DNA of 64,000 nt from the human T2T-CHM13v2.0 reference genome, Homo sapiens, in the NCBI RefSeq assembly GCF_009914755.1, contig NC_060940.1. One strand, given 5' to 3'. Shown here in pieces: positions 1 to 28,361 of this stretch (positions are counted from its first letter, which is position 1; every line of letters begins with the position of its first letter). The notes beneath the pieces are model-generated. The model was not told where the DNA came from and did no database searches. It saw nothing but the letters and a program-made list of their open reading frames with translations. Position numbers and translations under genes: made by a program.

Positions 1-367
1 TCCAGCCTGGGCGACAGAGTGAAACTGTGTCTCAAAAAAATAAATAAATAAATAAAAATTTTCCCCCATAAACAAATTTTCAGAATTACCTTTAAAGTTC
101 TAAACTTTGCACGGAAGAAATAGAGTTTTAACGTGTTCTAACATGAATATTGTTTTAACATGAACAAAAACATGAACATTATTTTGACTTCTAACACTGT
201 TTTAACACGAATAAAATAGGTAACTCTGGCAGTTGTTGCTTTTACAAAATACAGGATCAAAACCTTTGAAAATGAATCCAAGCTTTAACTTATTTTATCC
301 ATAGATTAAATCATACCAAAGGAATTAAACCATGTTTTTCTTATTAACAGACTTAAAATGAATTTCA

Positions 368-571
<204 letters not shown>

Positions 572-607
572 TCAGGACTGGTTCAATTTGTAGGTAAGGA
601 TGTCTCA

Positions 608-940
<333 letters not shown>

Positions 941-1225
941 TTAAAAATCTTAAAAGTTCCTAGAATAAGTGTGAGTTTTTTATGACCAATTCACATTTAT
1001 CAAGTATCCTCTGTCTACCCATCATTTAAAAATAAAAAATCCCAACATGAAAGATCTTTCATTTTAGGGGAAAAAAATATATATTTTTTCCACACAACTC
1101 CCATAAGTTTTGGAAAAAAAACAAACATATTTCCAATGCAATTATTCAATGAAAGCTTATTCTAACAAACAAACCTGAAAATTATTGACTTTTTTCAAAA
1201 AAAATCATATACCCTCAAATCTTTA

Positions 1226-1720
<495 letters not shown>

Positions 1721-2049
1721 TCATGCCAGTCAGGAATGAAACTCATTCAATGCAACTAAGCATCTCTAGAATATCTCCACCCCCACCCCACTCCCCAAAG
1801 TGTTAATGACATCACATCAGTTAACTGTTAACCACATTTCATTACTCAATTTCAAAGCCCATTTTTGTTTCTACAGATGCTATCTTCAAAGCAATTTTCC
1901 TATTGATGAAAACTGAAATAACCCATATGAGAAGAATGTTACTTGATACTCTGCCACCCCCAAACATATTTTCTCTTCAAAACTGCATGTAAAGTCAAGG
2001 GAATCTTAAAATTTTCTTTCCCAGATAAAATAGTCAAAGAAATGTCTTA

Positions 2050-2235
<186 letters not shown>

Positions 2236-2623
2236 TTAAAAGGTTAGCACATACTGTAAGTGGATTATTTACTTATTAACTCACTGGAGGTAAAAATATA
2301 GTAAAATTGAGACTTTCAAATGGATACAGAGATGTGATTACAACTTTAGATCCTTTTTTTATTCACCTCAGATGGGTCATGTGCCGACATCATAAGAGGA
2401 TTTGAGGGAGGCATATCAAACATGTGAACATAAAAACCCAATCATTATGCTTATCTATTACAAAAGGATCAAGTTTAGGCTCTTAAAAGCTCCCAAATCA
2501 ACTTGATCAAAAACAATAAAAGATTACTGTTTAGTTTTTCAAATATCTGAGCTACTAAGAAACATATTTTGGCACTACATGAGTTATTCTATACTAATTA
2601 TTGTGAGCCTATAAAGCTCATTA

Positions 2624-3099
<476 letters not shown>

Positions 3100-3405
3100 T
3101 TAAAAGACAGTTACTTTCAGCTGGCCAAAAGAAATTATATCCCAGTTTGTCATAATTATCTGAATCCATTCATTCATTCAACAAAGAGTGAGTGCCTACT
3201 ATAGACTAGGCACTGTTCTTGTCCAGAATCCTCATTGACTGTCACATTTGGAAAAATGACACATTCAACAAAACCCACGTAATGTAACTGATGGGTCATC
3301 ACACAAAACTTTTTCTGAGAGAAAATGTAAAAGTATATGTAAACTATAAACATTCACGTTAGCTTAAAAATGTGACAATCACTTCAAAACATTTTTCTAA
3401 TACTA

Positions 3406-3744
<339 letters not shown>

Positions 3745-3901
3745 TTAAAAGCCTAGTCTTCTTACATTGGTTTTCTCTTGGTTTTTCAAACATCTCAAAC
3801 AATAAAAAATAAAAATAAAAAATGAAACTATAGAAATTACTGTCAAAATTGTTGTGTGCCTTTTAAGAAAACCTCCCAACGCAGCATGATAATAGCAAAG
3901 A

Positions 3902-4548
<647 letters not shown>

Positions 4549-4810
4549 TTAAAAATCTATATATATTCTTCTATGAAACACTGGGCGTGGGGGATTGAGG
4601 TTTTTCATGTATTTCTTTTCAGAAAGAATAAGAAAGCCTAGATTAAATAATAAAACCAAATTATAAGGTGTTTGACAATAAAGAAGCTGCTCTACCTCAC
4701 CTCTATAATCCACATTTTTTTAAATTTTTTGTAATCCACATTTCTTCTTCTCAAATTATAAAGGCAAATTAACAAAGTTAGGAATGGTTAATACTATATA
4801 ATATCTGTTA

Positions 4811-5029
<219 letters not shown>

Positions 5030-5057
5030 TTAAATCAACATACATCTTCAAAATCTA

Positions 5058-5315
<258 letters not shown>

Positions 5316-5389
5316 TTATCCTTCAAAACAGGGGTATTTGGACATTTTTAAATTAAAATTACAGATTGGAAGGGATCTAGTACACTACA

Positions 5390-6292
<903 letters not shown>

Positions 6293-6738
6293 CTAAACAG
6301 AGCCCTTTGTATGTGCCTTTTGCGGAAGTAGACTGTATTTCCTCAATTTTCCATATACTGCAAATGGCAAGGTGCCCTGTTCAATAAGGAAACAGAGGCA
6401 CACCCTGCCACCCTACACCTTTTCCATCCATCTTTTTCCTTTACACTGCCAAGACACTCCACTCCACCTGACTGCCCCATCCCCACCCACTTTCTCCTTA
6501 TTTCTAGAGTACAGGACATAAACATCTTTGAATCTGTAAATAATGTGAATAATTTTCCTCAAAAATCAAGCTTTCATGTTTGAAGAAGAGTTTATTGTGA
6601 CTTCAAACATAAACTGTAACTGGTAATAAGCGAAGCAGCTATGGAATTATACAAGGCAATCCAATCAAACAACACGGAGCACATTGAAGCGCAAACATCA
6701 AATTTTACCTTCTTCCTCCTAAAAACTTTATTCCCTAA

Positions 6739-7554
<816 letters not shown>

Positions 7555-7557
7555 CTA

Positions 7558-8485
<928 letters not shown>

Positions 8486-8726
8486 TCATAAGACATTTTC
8501 TAGAAAATAAAACTAATATAAAAAAACTTATCAAGATTTGTCAAGGAAAAAGAAGAAAAGTTAAATATAATGGCAAGAAAACATTCCTACCAATTTTATT
8601 TATCCAGGCATGTCTTAAATATGGCTGTTTGTTACATACAGTGATTCTGCAGACATGTTGACATAACAGTGAAATACATAAATATGTAATGTGGATAAAA
8701 CAAAGTCATTACAATTAAAGACTCAC

Positions 8727-9086
<360 letters not shown>

Positions 9087-9697
9087 TCACTATCTGTATT
9101 AGTGCTGATGATACAAATAAATTTAAGATCGATCAATTCACTGTCTGTAGCATTTAATATTTTAATTTTTTAAAAACCAATCAGAAAACTGACACAGATC
9201 AGTATGCTATTTCAAATCTATTAAGTTTTATCACAAATAAAGAGTACTATAAATGAAAACTGTCAATAGGAAATTTCCAAAATGGCCGTTTTTGTTTTTT
9301 TTTTTTAATAATCAACATCAAAAGACATATGCAAACAGCAGTTTAAGACTGGGTTTCTTAAATCTACCAGGAAAGTCTGTGGTGGATTTGACTAGGGGGT
9401 GGTTGAAAAGCCAGTCATTTTTGTTTACCAAATATACAGTACTTCTTAATTTATAACTTTATAAATGTGTCAACTTGTTTTACCCTTATGAAAATTTAAT
9501 AAATTTAATAACAGCAAAAGATGCATAGTCTGAAAAGAGTATCTGGCACACCATTCATGAAAGTATTCAGTATGATTATCAAGAAATATAAATTTAAAAG
9601 AACAAATACAATCACTATATTCTAAATCAAACATTTCACATTTCACTCAATTTCACTTATATAGCCTGGGGTAAGCAACATTAGGTCCAACTCTTCA

Positions 9698-9841
<144 letters not shown>

Positions 9842-9864
9842 CTAAAAGAATAAAATTTTTAAAA

Positions 9865-10345
9865 AATGAGCTTCTCAAATTACAAAAAGACATGGAGAAA
9901 CCTTCAAGGCACACTGGTAAGTGAAAGAAGCCAACTGAAAAGGCTACATACTATATGACTCCAACTACATGGCATTCTGGAAAAGGCAAAACGATGGAGA
10001 CAGTAAAAAGATCAGGGGTTGCCATGGGCTTAAGATGGGGGGAGGGAGGAGTGGGGAGAGGGAACGAGGAAGGAGTGGGTAGAACATAAAAGATTTTTAG
10101 GGAAGTGAAACTATCCTGTATGATACTGGTAATAGGGGAAACATGTCATTACACATGTTAAAGTCCATAGAATACATAACACAAAGTAAACTATAAAATT
10201 AGTTAATAATAATATATCAATATTCACTCCTTTGTAATAAATGTACCACACTAACACAATATGTTAATGAGGGGGAAACTGTTGGGATGAAGAAGGTATA
10301 TGGGAACTCACTGTTTTCTGCTCAATTTTCTGTATATCTAAAAAA
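9865..10345 (+). mobile_element. Old L1 (L1MC-like) 3' fragment
   Basis: Typical motifs agtgaaagaagccaactgaaaaggctacatac, ggcattctggaaaaggcaaaac and ggtatatgggaactc. Confidence 0.7.
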
Positions 10346-10732
10346 TGAAGTCTTTTAATTTAGAAAAATATATCTAAGCTATATTTTAAGGCCTTAATAC
10401 TGTGACATTAAAGTGTTTAGACACCTAAATAGGACACACGTATTTTACAGTTATCATGGGCATTTTTTCACATTAGCAAAGAGAGGTGTAATTCTGGCAG
10501 AAATGCTCAGCAGAATGTCATCTAGAATTTGCTTTAAAATAATCCAGTTGGAGATGAAAGGATAGCAAAGAGGCCTAGATGAAACCAGATGGGCCATTTG
10601 TTTCTAATTATAGAAGCTGAGTGTTAAATATGTACAAATTTATTATACTATGCTCCCTATTTTTATGTGCTTCAGAACGTCCATAATAAAAGTGGGGGGA
10701 GGATATTTATGGTTAAGAAATTAAAGGAGGCC

Positions 10733-13770
<3,038 letters not shown>

Positions 13771-14771
13771 AAACCCCACCATTCTACCATTCTCAAAGGC
13801 CTAAAAGATCCTCATAAATCAATATACACCTATCCTATAAATTATGTCCCCTTTATTTTATGTCTGAATTAACGGCTTTTTATTTCAACTCTGTACAGTC
13901 TTCAAACAACCACCTTTTAGACATTAAAAATGAAGCAAAGATATTAAACCATTTTGAAACCATATTGGTTTAAAATACCGATATGCTGGTTTCATTTATC
14001 TTTAAGTTCTGACATTTCTGCTCAAGTACACAACTTACTATATAATCAATATCCTATTTTATTTAGCAACATGTTCAGCAAAAGTATATGCTCCTAAAAG
14101 CAAGTTTTATCCTAACGGTAAAATTTTCATCAGTTAGATTAAATTTTTTATGACGGTATCACACATGCTTCTTTCTCCTTATTCAAAGCAGAGTACAATG
14201 CCTGGGGTTCATTTCTTGTGTCTTTTCCACTGAACCCTCACTGGATGTGCTATATACAGTGCAGCTAATGTCTGAGGCTGCTGAAGTGTGGCAATCTAGC
14301 TACCTCATTTTTAATTTGTTTATGTTCTTTGATATCAGGCTATCAAAGAATATAAAGATACACAAGTTTTCATATGAGTTCCATCTTATGCTCAGAGAAG
14401 ATTACTTTCTGAGGCTTCTCCTATAGTGTGCTATTCGTAATATGTTGAAAAACTAAAAGGAAACCCAATAATTTAAAAGTAAAATTATAAGAAATATTAT
14501 TTAAAAATGAAAGAATGAGATTTAAAAATTCAGAGTGGCCTTTTGTCATGGGAGGGTAGGGGAGTTGGATGAAAGGAGGATGAGATATAACAGGATTCCC
14601 TGCTTTTCTGGTTGTTTAAGAAAGCAGTCAGACAATATATACATATATACATACATACATACATGCTAAACAAATGAAGGATTAATAACAGTTCACCTGG
14701 TAAAGAGAAGCATTTACAATGTAAAACAATTTTATTTTTGAATGACACTTCAAATGCCCAAAAGCACTTAC

Positions 14772-14944
<173 letters not shown>

Positions 14945-16242
14945 CTAGATGTGAATTCACAGCATTCTTAATAAGTAGTACATTGTTTAAAAAAACAAAA
15001 CAAAACAAAAAAAAACTCTAAAATATTTCAATCAATTCATTTTAGAATAGATTTTTAGGCTTTTAGAAAGAGAACTGTGGCCCATGAGAATATTCATGAC
15101 TCTGAATATAAAAATGGGTTTTACCTAATTATTTCAAAAAGCCAACATTAAACCCAATAGACAACAAATTAAGGAAATAATCTCTTAAATCAACTCAGAA
15201 AGCTGTTGGGGAAAAATAAATTCTAGCACATATGCTCTAGTTATATGTAGGTATAAATGAAGACGGAAGCTTTTGCCACTCCTGAATTAGTTTTTGGCTA
15301 AAAATCTCATTCTAGGTATTCTTTGAGCCACTCAGCTCAACAGTAAGTCCTCCAAACCAAGAGCATGCACATGAAGAGCAAAGGGAGATTACAAGACCTG
15401 GTCTACAGATGTGTAACTGAAGAAGTACGATATATGAAAAGGACAAGATTCGCAAAAACTAGGATACCAGAACCAATGTATACATCTACCTAAAATTAAG
15501 CACCAAAATAACAGAAGAGAATGAGATCTTAAGGATAACAAGGGGAAGCATCTCTACAAACTAGAATGTGTGGCTTATGAGAGGTAGATCAGCTTTAAAC
15601 GTGGGCTGTGAAAAAAGACATTCTAGGTGTGGGGGCAAAGAAAAAACAACGCAGAAGCAAAACATTTCCTTGCTTTTCTAGGAAAGAGTAAACACATCAG
15701 TACAGCTAAAGGTACTGAATTCCTGTTGACTACAAGCAGCAAAGATGAAAAAAACAAGATGAGGCCAAAATCTTTATGGGAGCCTTGACTGGTTGATCTG
15801 AATAGGGGAGAAACACAAAGAGATTCAGATAAGAGATGGCACAGAGTTAAGCCATGACAGTGGGGCCAGAAAAGCCAAGTACCAGTAACAGAGGCTTCAG
15901 CAGCGCTCTTAAAGCTCCTATGCTATATTCGTACAGCCACAAAAGCTGGCTGAAGCCAAGGCTTGTCCTCCAAAGTACGATTCAAGATCTCCTGTACATA
16001 TGTAAGAGGAAAATCTTTAGGAGCTTTTGGTGTTTTGTGTTTTTTTATAACACAACATCAATTTGCTTTAAGACTCTGAAGACTGGGAACAAAAAATAAA
16101 AATAAATAACAAAATATGTCTTTAGAAAAATACCAGCTACCGAGAGTATGTAAAGCTTTGCGAAATACGAAGCTTGCAACGTTTCTTTTAGTCTCTCCAG
16201 TAATTCTCCTGGTAACTTAAACACATCTGAAATAAATGTTTA

Positions 16243-16605
<363 letters not shown>

Positions 16606-16669
16606 TTAAAATAAATCTAGCACAATTTAAGATTTTTTCTTAACCAAAATTTTAAGAAACAGCTTTCTA

Positions 16670-16861
<192 letters not shown>

Positions 16862-17635
16862 TTAAAAAGTATCTGGTTTTCAAGCAGCATACCCTAAAAC
16901 ATGTCCTATATCATAAAATTAAGACTGCTAAACATGCTGATCACGATTAACCAATACCTCTTTAATTAATACCTCCTTAATTTCTGCAGAAATTAACAGG
17001 TAAATGTTATTTCCTTACTTTTTCAGTAAATTTCATATCTATATTGTCACTACACATGACTTAAGACTAAAATGCCACAATCTACCATTGGCCCGGCTAA
17101 TCCCAGGGCCACATCTAACCATTAAAGGTGTATACTCATCTCCTCAGTGAAAATGAAACAGACCACTATCACCTGAATATCTTATTTTCAAAAGTTTATT
17201 ACACCAAGTAAGTTACGAGAAACTATGACACTTGAAACAAGCTGAAATGTGCAAATGAGCCACGCTAGTCATTCACTTAACTCCAAAAAAGTGGGAAACA
17301 AAACCACTTCTCATTTATGACAATTCTCCAAATTAACCCTATATTTCCTTTTTTAAAAAAATAACCAGAAAAACAATAAAATGTGACAAATAACTTGGAT
17401 CTTCCATTGTCCACTTCAGGGTATTGCCACTGCAATATATTCTTACCATATACTTTCCTACCAGTACAAACTACAAATAACTTGGGTAAGTCCTGTCTGT
17501 ACTTACTCTACCCACCTACTAGTAATTTCCTCTGAAAATATATATTTAGCTAACAAGTCATGTTCATTTACAATAAAACATTTCTCTGAATTAGTTTTCT
17601 TGCATTATTAAAGAAATGGTATTGATAGATGGTCA

Positions 17636-17800
<165 letters not shown>

Positions 17801-18148
17801 TCATTTTAAGATATTACTGCAATCCACCTGTGGACCATTTCACAGCAAAAGATCCTAAAAGGAGCATCTATGTTCTACCTACTTGACATTCTAGAAACTT
17901 AGAAAGGGGAGAGGGGCAGGAAAATAAAAGAACTACATTTCTGACAACAATGAAATAGTTTATTTTCTTCAAATATTTTAAGGTACGAACGTCAGAAAGA
18001 AAAATGCGGCATTTAACCCTGGAACCTCAAATATCACTGATTATATTCAAAGGAGCAGAGGCACTGTTTTCCATCTGATTCCTCAGTTCCTCACACACAC
18101 AACCATCCCCCTCACCCCATGATCTGAACAGCGGAATGAGGAACTCAC

Positions 18149-18274
18149 CCTAAAATTAGTGCTGAAAATATGAGGGTAACATCGAGCCACCAAAAGAATG
18201 CACTTAACACATTTGCAAAGCAATTCTGGTGTATCCACATTTTCAAGAATTGACTGCAGGCTGGTCATTACAAG
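18149..18274 (-). pseudogene. SMG1-like exon 7 (126 nt)
   Basis: tttaag|CTTGTA...TTTAGG|gtgagt; LVMTSLQSILENVD...STNFR. Confidence 0.95.
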
Positions 18275-18308
18275 CTTAAAAATAAAAGTTACAAACCGTG
18301 AACATTCA

Positions 18309-18629
<321 letters not shown>

Positions 18630-19223
18630 TTAAGCTAAAAACAGATACTGTTTTCTCTTCTTCAATGTTTGTTAATATTAGTCCTTTGACATCAGTTAAC
18701 ATTAGTCCTTAATAACATCTGTTTACAATATCCCTAAATGCTCTCTTTAAGATTCTACCTGTGATTAAATTTCAAATACAAAAAAGTAAAATGGATTTGG
18801 GAAACTTTTCTATAAAGTACAACAATTACTTTGCAATCCAAAATATAAAGCAAATTTTATATAATTTATGCTTTAGTATATTAGTACTTGCTTCATATTA
18901 AAATTAAGGAAGATCAGTATGGCACCACACATGAATAACATGCAGGCTCAGGTTACCATTATACATAAATTTTTAAAATAAATATATGGCAAAAATAAAA
19001 TAATAAATAACTATTTGTCATTCCATTGAAAGAATATTTATTTTGCAGCTGTTAAAAAACATTTTTCCCTAAAAAAGGAAAAGCTGTGCTTTACATAGCA
19101 ATCTTATCAAAGAAATGCTAGAATCAGAAAACCATCATTTTAGGCTGGGTGCAGTGGCTCACACCTGTAACCCCAGCACTTTGGGAGGACGAGGCAGGTG
19201 GATCACCTGAGGTCAGGAGTTCA

Positions 19224-19415
<192 letters not shown>

Positions 19416-20649
19416 TTACGTCTCAAAAAAAAAAAAAGAGAAAAAGAAAACCATTATTTTGCAATAGCCAATGTTATAATCTACACAGGCACAGACTATC
19501 AATGCTAAAAATCATTTAAAAGACATCTTGGGGTAATTACAGAAATTTGAATATAGAACACATATGTAATAAAATTCATTTTCTTAGGTATGATTACAAT
19601 ATTCTTGTTATACAGAAGAAAAACCTTATTCTTGGGAGATGCATACTAAAACATTATGGGGTGAACTGTCATCATGTGTATGGTTTTCAGATGCTCAACA
19701 AAAGTGTGTGAGAAAATAAAACTGTGGCAAAATATTAGTAACTGGTAAATCTAGGTGAAGCATATATTGTGAAATTATTATCGTATTTACAGGTATTTAT
19801 TTTACTGGTGCATCTATCTTTCTATGAATGTGAGAATTTTCACAAGAGCTGGGAAAATGTTCATAATTATGCATGCAGAATAAGCCCAAGCTGGTGGCAT
19901 TCTGTTCAGTTACAGGTAATTTTCTGAATCTTCCCTCAAATTTTTCTCAAACCTCTATAATCAAGGGGAAAATGTTTCATTTTGTTTTGCTTTTTTGAGA
20001 CAGGGTTGCCTATAATGGAGTGCAGTAGCTTGACCATAGCTCACTGTAGCTTCAACCTCCCAGGCACAAGCGATCCTCCTGCCTCAGCCTCCAAGTAGCT
20101 GCGATTACAGGTGCATGCCACCATGCCCAACTTATTTTTTTCCTTTTTTTTTTTTTTTTTTTTTTTTTGTTTGATAGAAACAGGGTTTCACCATGTTGCT
20201 CAGGCTGGTCTCAAACTCCTGGACTCAGGCAATTCACCAGCCTCAGCCTCCCACAGTGCTGGGGTTACAGGAGTGAGCCACCATGCCCAGTTAAAAATAC
20301 ATTTTTTATTAAAAAAAAAAAAAAAGAATATTCCTTATATTTCCTTTATATTTTTTAAACTACATACCCAAAATAAAGCATATCAAAAACTGTAAAAAAA
20401 AAAAAAAAAAAAAAAAAAAACCCTAATATCAGATATTCCAAACACAACAATACCATAATTTAATCACTTAAAATCTTACTCAAAACTAAATCAATGATCT
20501 TTTAGGCCAGGTGTGGTGACTCATGACACTAATCACAGTACTTTGGGAGGCCGAGGCAGGAGGATCACTTGAGGTCAGGAGTTGAAGACCAGCATGGCCA
20601 ACACAATGAAACCCCATCTCTACTAAAAATACAAAAATTAGCCAGGCTA

Positions 20650-20874
<225 letters not shown>

Positions 20875-21067
20875 TTATCTTATACCATTTGGAATAAGAA
20901 TTTGGGGCACGTTAGCAAACCAAAAGGCTCAGAAAGAAGTTGTGATATTTAGTTCTTGTCTCCCTCTACAAATGTGAAGCACTCTTCTATCCGGCATTAC
21001 TAGTGGAGTTCCTATTTTCAACTTTGCAAATTCTGGTCCTAAGCAATCTCAAAAAAAACATTTCTAA

Positions 21068-21364
<297 letters not shown>

Positions 21365-21633
21365 TGAGCCACCACGCCTGGCGTGTAAGCCAATTTTTTA
21401 GAAGAAATCTCTCCCTCTCTCTCCACATATATGCATATATGTATGTAGCACTGATCCTTGAACAGTGTATCCTTTACTCAAACTGAGAAAGAGGAATTTT
21501 TAAAACATATTTCCTATCAGTAGATAACCCCTATTCTATGATTCCCTTCTTCAAGCTCCCCTCCAAGGACATGTGTTAAAGGGACAATTTTCTTCCCAAG
21601 TATATCATGCATTTTTTCCCCCTTCATTCTTAC

Positions 21634-21847
21634 CTGCATTACAGATGAAAAGGCTTTCTTTTCTCCTACAGTCTCTAGTGCTTTGTAGGTGGCACATAAG
21701 TAGAGGAGTTTAACTTCATCTTTTGCAGATGAGCTAAATTTGCTAAAAATCCACTTGAAGATCTTCTCAGCCTCATAGCTCAGAGAAGCACAAAGAAGGC
21801 CGAGACAGCAAGCTCCCTCCTGTCTCAACTCCTGAAGCAATTTGCTA
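21634..21847 (-). pseudogene. SMG1-like exon 6 (214 nt)
   Basis: cacag|TAGCAAA...ATGCAG|gtaaga; SSKLLQELRQEGACC...FSSVMQ. Confidence 0.95.
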
Positions 21848-22593
21848 CTGTGTTTATTTTAATGCAAACAAAAAACACACACAAAAGGCTTAAGTTTTCT
21901 ATGATGACACGAGTAATACATCTTACAAAAGAATGTCTTAAGTGGTTTTTTAAATTTCTATTCAAACTACATAAAAGGTTGAAATTTTCTCCACTCTAAA
22001 TACTACATTCTGTCTAGCCTGCATTGCCCTCAAGTATCTGTCTGACATCACTTTCTTTTTACAAAATCAATTATTTACAAACAGTGAGGGAAGGCCCAAA
22101 AATGCTAAATTCCATCTCAAACTGTATTAAATAACTCTCAGAAAAGGGCAGCAACAAATAAGTAGATAAAACACTCTATACATAACTACATTCTACATAA
22201 TATCCAATATGTAATGACTATAAAATAAAAAATGGTAATAGTTAAATACAGAAACTTAAAAGGATAACAGTAATGATTTACATAGAACTTTAATAAGTAA
22301 CTCTATAAAACAAAACCATCAAAAGGCACTAAGGTTTATGACCAGCTGAGATAAATTTTGGGTACTTGCCAACACTGCAAATCTTTGGGAATCACCATAA
22401 CAAAAAATGACCACACACCTCTGGAGACTCTAATAGCCAGAGAATATATGGTTTGGATCCACTCTTACCCAAAGAAGGAAATTCCTTTTTACCTCTATTC
22501 TCTAAGCAGTTTCAAATTCTCTTGTTTACAAAAACTAATTTTATTCTTCATGCCTGCATCAAGAGTTTATGCCATTCCATAAGTCAAGACTCA

Positions 22594-23024
<431 letters not shown>

Positions 23025-23125
23025 TCATAAACAAAGCCAGTGGGTTTGTCTTCTTGTGTATTGTTAAGTAATTTCTAAAAATATATTTTAAAGTCATTTA
23101 AACCGAACCATTATTAGTTACTTAC

Positions 23126-23181
23126 CTTTCATTAAGCACATCATGTACAGCAGCCAAGATATCCAATTGTTTAACTAGTAC
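23126..23181 (-). pseudogene. SMG1-like exon 5 (56 nt; 3-nt in-frame deletion)
   Basis: ttaaag|GTACTA...GAAAG|gtaagt; VLVKQLDILAAVHDVLNE (SMG1 remembered as ...LDNIL...). Confidence 0.92.
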
Positions 23182-23711
23182 CTTTAAAAGAAAACACATT
23201 TATAAAAACTTCAAATTCCTATACTTTTAAGAATAGCATTGTGTACTTTTTTACTTGTCTTCCCTCCAAATTCTAATTCAACAGTACTTTACTTTCTTTA
23301 TTATTCCCACTCCCCAATGAGCATGTATCAGGAATGTCATGTTTCCTTTCAGCCTATGAAAGAAATTCACCCACTGGAAACATAGAGCTGTGATCATCAA
23401 CAAAAAAATAAACTCAAAAAGCTTGTTTCATTTACTTTGAAATCCATTTGAAAAATTGACTGACGGATGGAGGGATAGATGGAGAGATATGTGACAAGGC
23501 AGTATTTAGGGTAAAATGTTAACGACAAAAATTAGATGATGGGTTTAACAGATTCAATGTCAAATTCTTTCAACTTGCTATATATTTGAAACTACTCATA
23601 ATAAAATTTGGAAGGAGGAGAAACTTGCTTTGATCCAAGTGTCATCTGCCTCACTAGACCATTTTCATTAATTTTCTCCTGCTCATTGTCAAGTTCTTTT
23701 TTTTTTTTTAA

Positions 23712-23870
<159 letters not shown>

Positions 23871-23876
23871 TAGTAG

Positions 23877-24005
<129 letters not shown>

Positions 24006-24136
24006 TAATTGGTGTAAAGAAAGTGAAGAAAAAAATTTAACCCTTCCTATACTTTGTTACATTTCTGTTGTTGTTTTAAGAGACAAGGACTCCCTCTGTC
24101 GCCCAGGTTGACATGCAGAGGTGTGATCATATCTCA

Positions 24137-24358
<222 letters not shown>

Positions 24359-24476
24359 TTAAGTTCTTGATCATCATAATACAGACTTTCCCCATTCTTA
24401 AACTACTCAAGGTAGCATTACCTAGTTTATTATGGAAACACAAAAATCCTCATATTTCCAAACATACTATACTTAC

Positions 24477-24613
24477 CAGCTTATTTTCTGGTTGCTGAAT
24501 AAATTCTTTCAACTGCTTTACAGTAGCCAATCTTCGGTCTCGGTCGTTTTCCCGGGTGATCCTCCGAAGAAGATATGACAGTCGAGACTCATCACAATAA
24601 GACATCGATCTCT
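24477..24613 (-). pseudogene. SMG1-like exon 4 (137 nt)
   Basis: cacag|AGAGATCG...AAGCTG|gtaagt; ERSMSYCDESRLSYLLRRITREND...QQPENKL. Confidence 0.95.
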
Positions 24614-24715
24614 CTGTGAATATATAAACATTTTGTTGTCCACTGAGTATAAATAAGCAAAGGAAATTTTAAATTTTAAAATAATTTTAAAATTTTTAAA
24701 ATTAAAAATTATTTA

Positions 24716-25057
<342 letters not shown>

Positions 25058-26067
25058 TCAGGGAATATAGGTCCTATCGCTCTTTTGTTCAACTCTGTAT
25101 TCCAAATCCCAGCAGAGTGCCTGGCACATAACAGACCCTCAAAAAAATATTTGCTGAAGGAAACAAGAAATGAATAACCCTAGGCCAACTGAACACCTCA
25201 TTCCAGAGGACTGGCTGGGAGAGAAAAAAGAAAGGCCTTAGTAACAACTTTCTTTGGGTCCATTCCAAACTGTTTTCAACATGCAGGTAAAGAGCCCGGG
25301 TGTAGGTAAATTAAACAACTTCCAAGGGGTATGGATAAAGTCTCAATCGAGTAAAAACAGGATATAGGCTTCTACTTATCATCTAGGTATCCCACTGGAG
25401 GAAAGCCTCTTATTCACATTATCATCATTTCCCTGGGATGAAGTTTTGGGGAGCCATAATCACACATTTAGTTCAACAAATGTCTAATTATCATCTACCA
25501 CATGCAAGGCATGCCTCCACTAGAAAGGTAGCAAACCACAACTTTTCTCCCTTTATTTTTTAATCACAAGAACAAGCAAACAATAGTGAATACTATTAGT
25601 ATATTAACGATGCCTTTAAAAACTAGATTTTTGCTGGGCGAGGTGGCTCTTGCCTGTAATTACCCAGCACTTTGGAAGGCCAAGGCAGGCAGATCACTTG
25701 AGCACAGGAGTTCGAGACCAGGCTTGGCAACATGGTACAACCCCATCTCTACGAAAAATACAAAAATTAGCTGGGCACAGTGGCACATGCCTGTAATCCC
25801 AGCTACTCAGGAGGCTGAGGTGGGAGGATCGCTTTAGCCTGGGAAGCAAAGGTTGCAGTGAAATCACACTAGCGCATTCCAGCCTGGGTGACAGAGCGAG
25901 ACTGTCTCAAAAAACAAAACAAAACAAAAAACTCAATTTTTGCAAAACATTTTCAACTGTGCTATTTACCATAATTAGCCAATACATACGTAAACAACAA
26001 ATCACAAAGGGTCTGACAGTTTCATTTCTAAGGTATGAGAAAAAATTGATAATAAAAGAAACCAGAA

Positions 26068-26575
<508 letters not shown>

Positions 26576-27100
26576 GAAACTACAATGACTGAGAGAAGAA
26601 TAGGATTTTTACAAATCCGTAGCCCATAGAGTATTTCAATAAGGACAGATACCAAATATGTCATCAAGTTACCAGCTGGGAAATTAGGCTCTACTTACAA
26701 TTCTGTCACTAGCAAACTACATGACCCTGAGCCTTTGAAGAAGAGGAATTCTCTACTGAACTACTTTAGAGTCGCTGTTTAGCTTCTATAATATCATAAG
26801 TCTAAGGCTTCAAACACTCTATTTTAACAAACAGCATACATAGCCTTTGAATTCATTCCACTTGTGAAAACATAAAAAGAAATCAGTTTTTTAAAAGTTA
26901 TATACCAACAATAAAAGCTACAGGCACAAAGATTTTCACCAAGATACACGAAGCACACACACAGTATAAAAAATAAAAAAAAAAAGTCAAAAACTAAACG
27001 TCCAAAAAGTAATTACATCTGACAAAGCCCATAACTCAGCTTTACCGATAAGTTTCTCTTTAAGGAAAAAAATTATCATTACCTCTAATCCTCTGAACTT

Positions 27101-27401
<301 letters not shown>

Positions 27402-27500
27402 AATCCTCTGAACTTCCAAGGCACTCACCTATACAGTGAGGCTATGTCATAAGGCAGAAATGCTATCAGTGTATTTAACTTTAGAAAAGTGCCCACTCAA

Positions 27501-27997
<497 letters not shown>

Positions 27998-28361
27998 AGA
28001 AAAGTACCCCCTCTCTACATATATCTATATCCTCCACAGGCCCAAGAGTTCAAGGACTTGCTGTAGTAGGAGCCTACTATGCACTATACATTCAATATCC
28101 ACGATAATTGGGTAAACCTTTTCTGTAAGATCTTATCCAGTCTTCTAATCTTGTTTTAAGAGAATTCTCTTTTAAAATGTACTATAGCCTTTCTAGTGGG
28201 AAATTAACAATTCACAGGAAAAGAATGTAAACAATTTTTACCTGCACAGTAGACTAATCAACTTATGCCTTTGCAAGGCATTAGTAAGAGGCATCCAGAA
28301 TAAGAGGAGATACAAGTCTTTGGAAGGTGTATGTGATTGGTCCCCGTTTTCCCAGCCTTAC

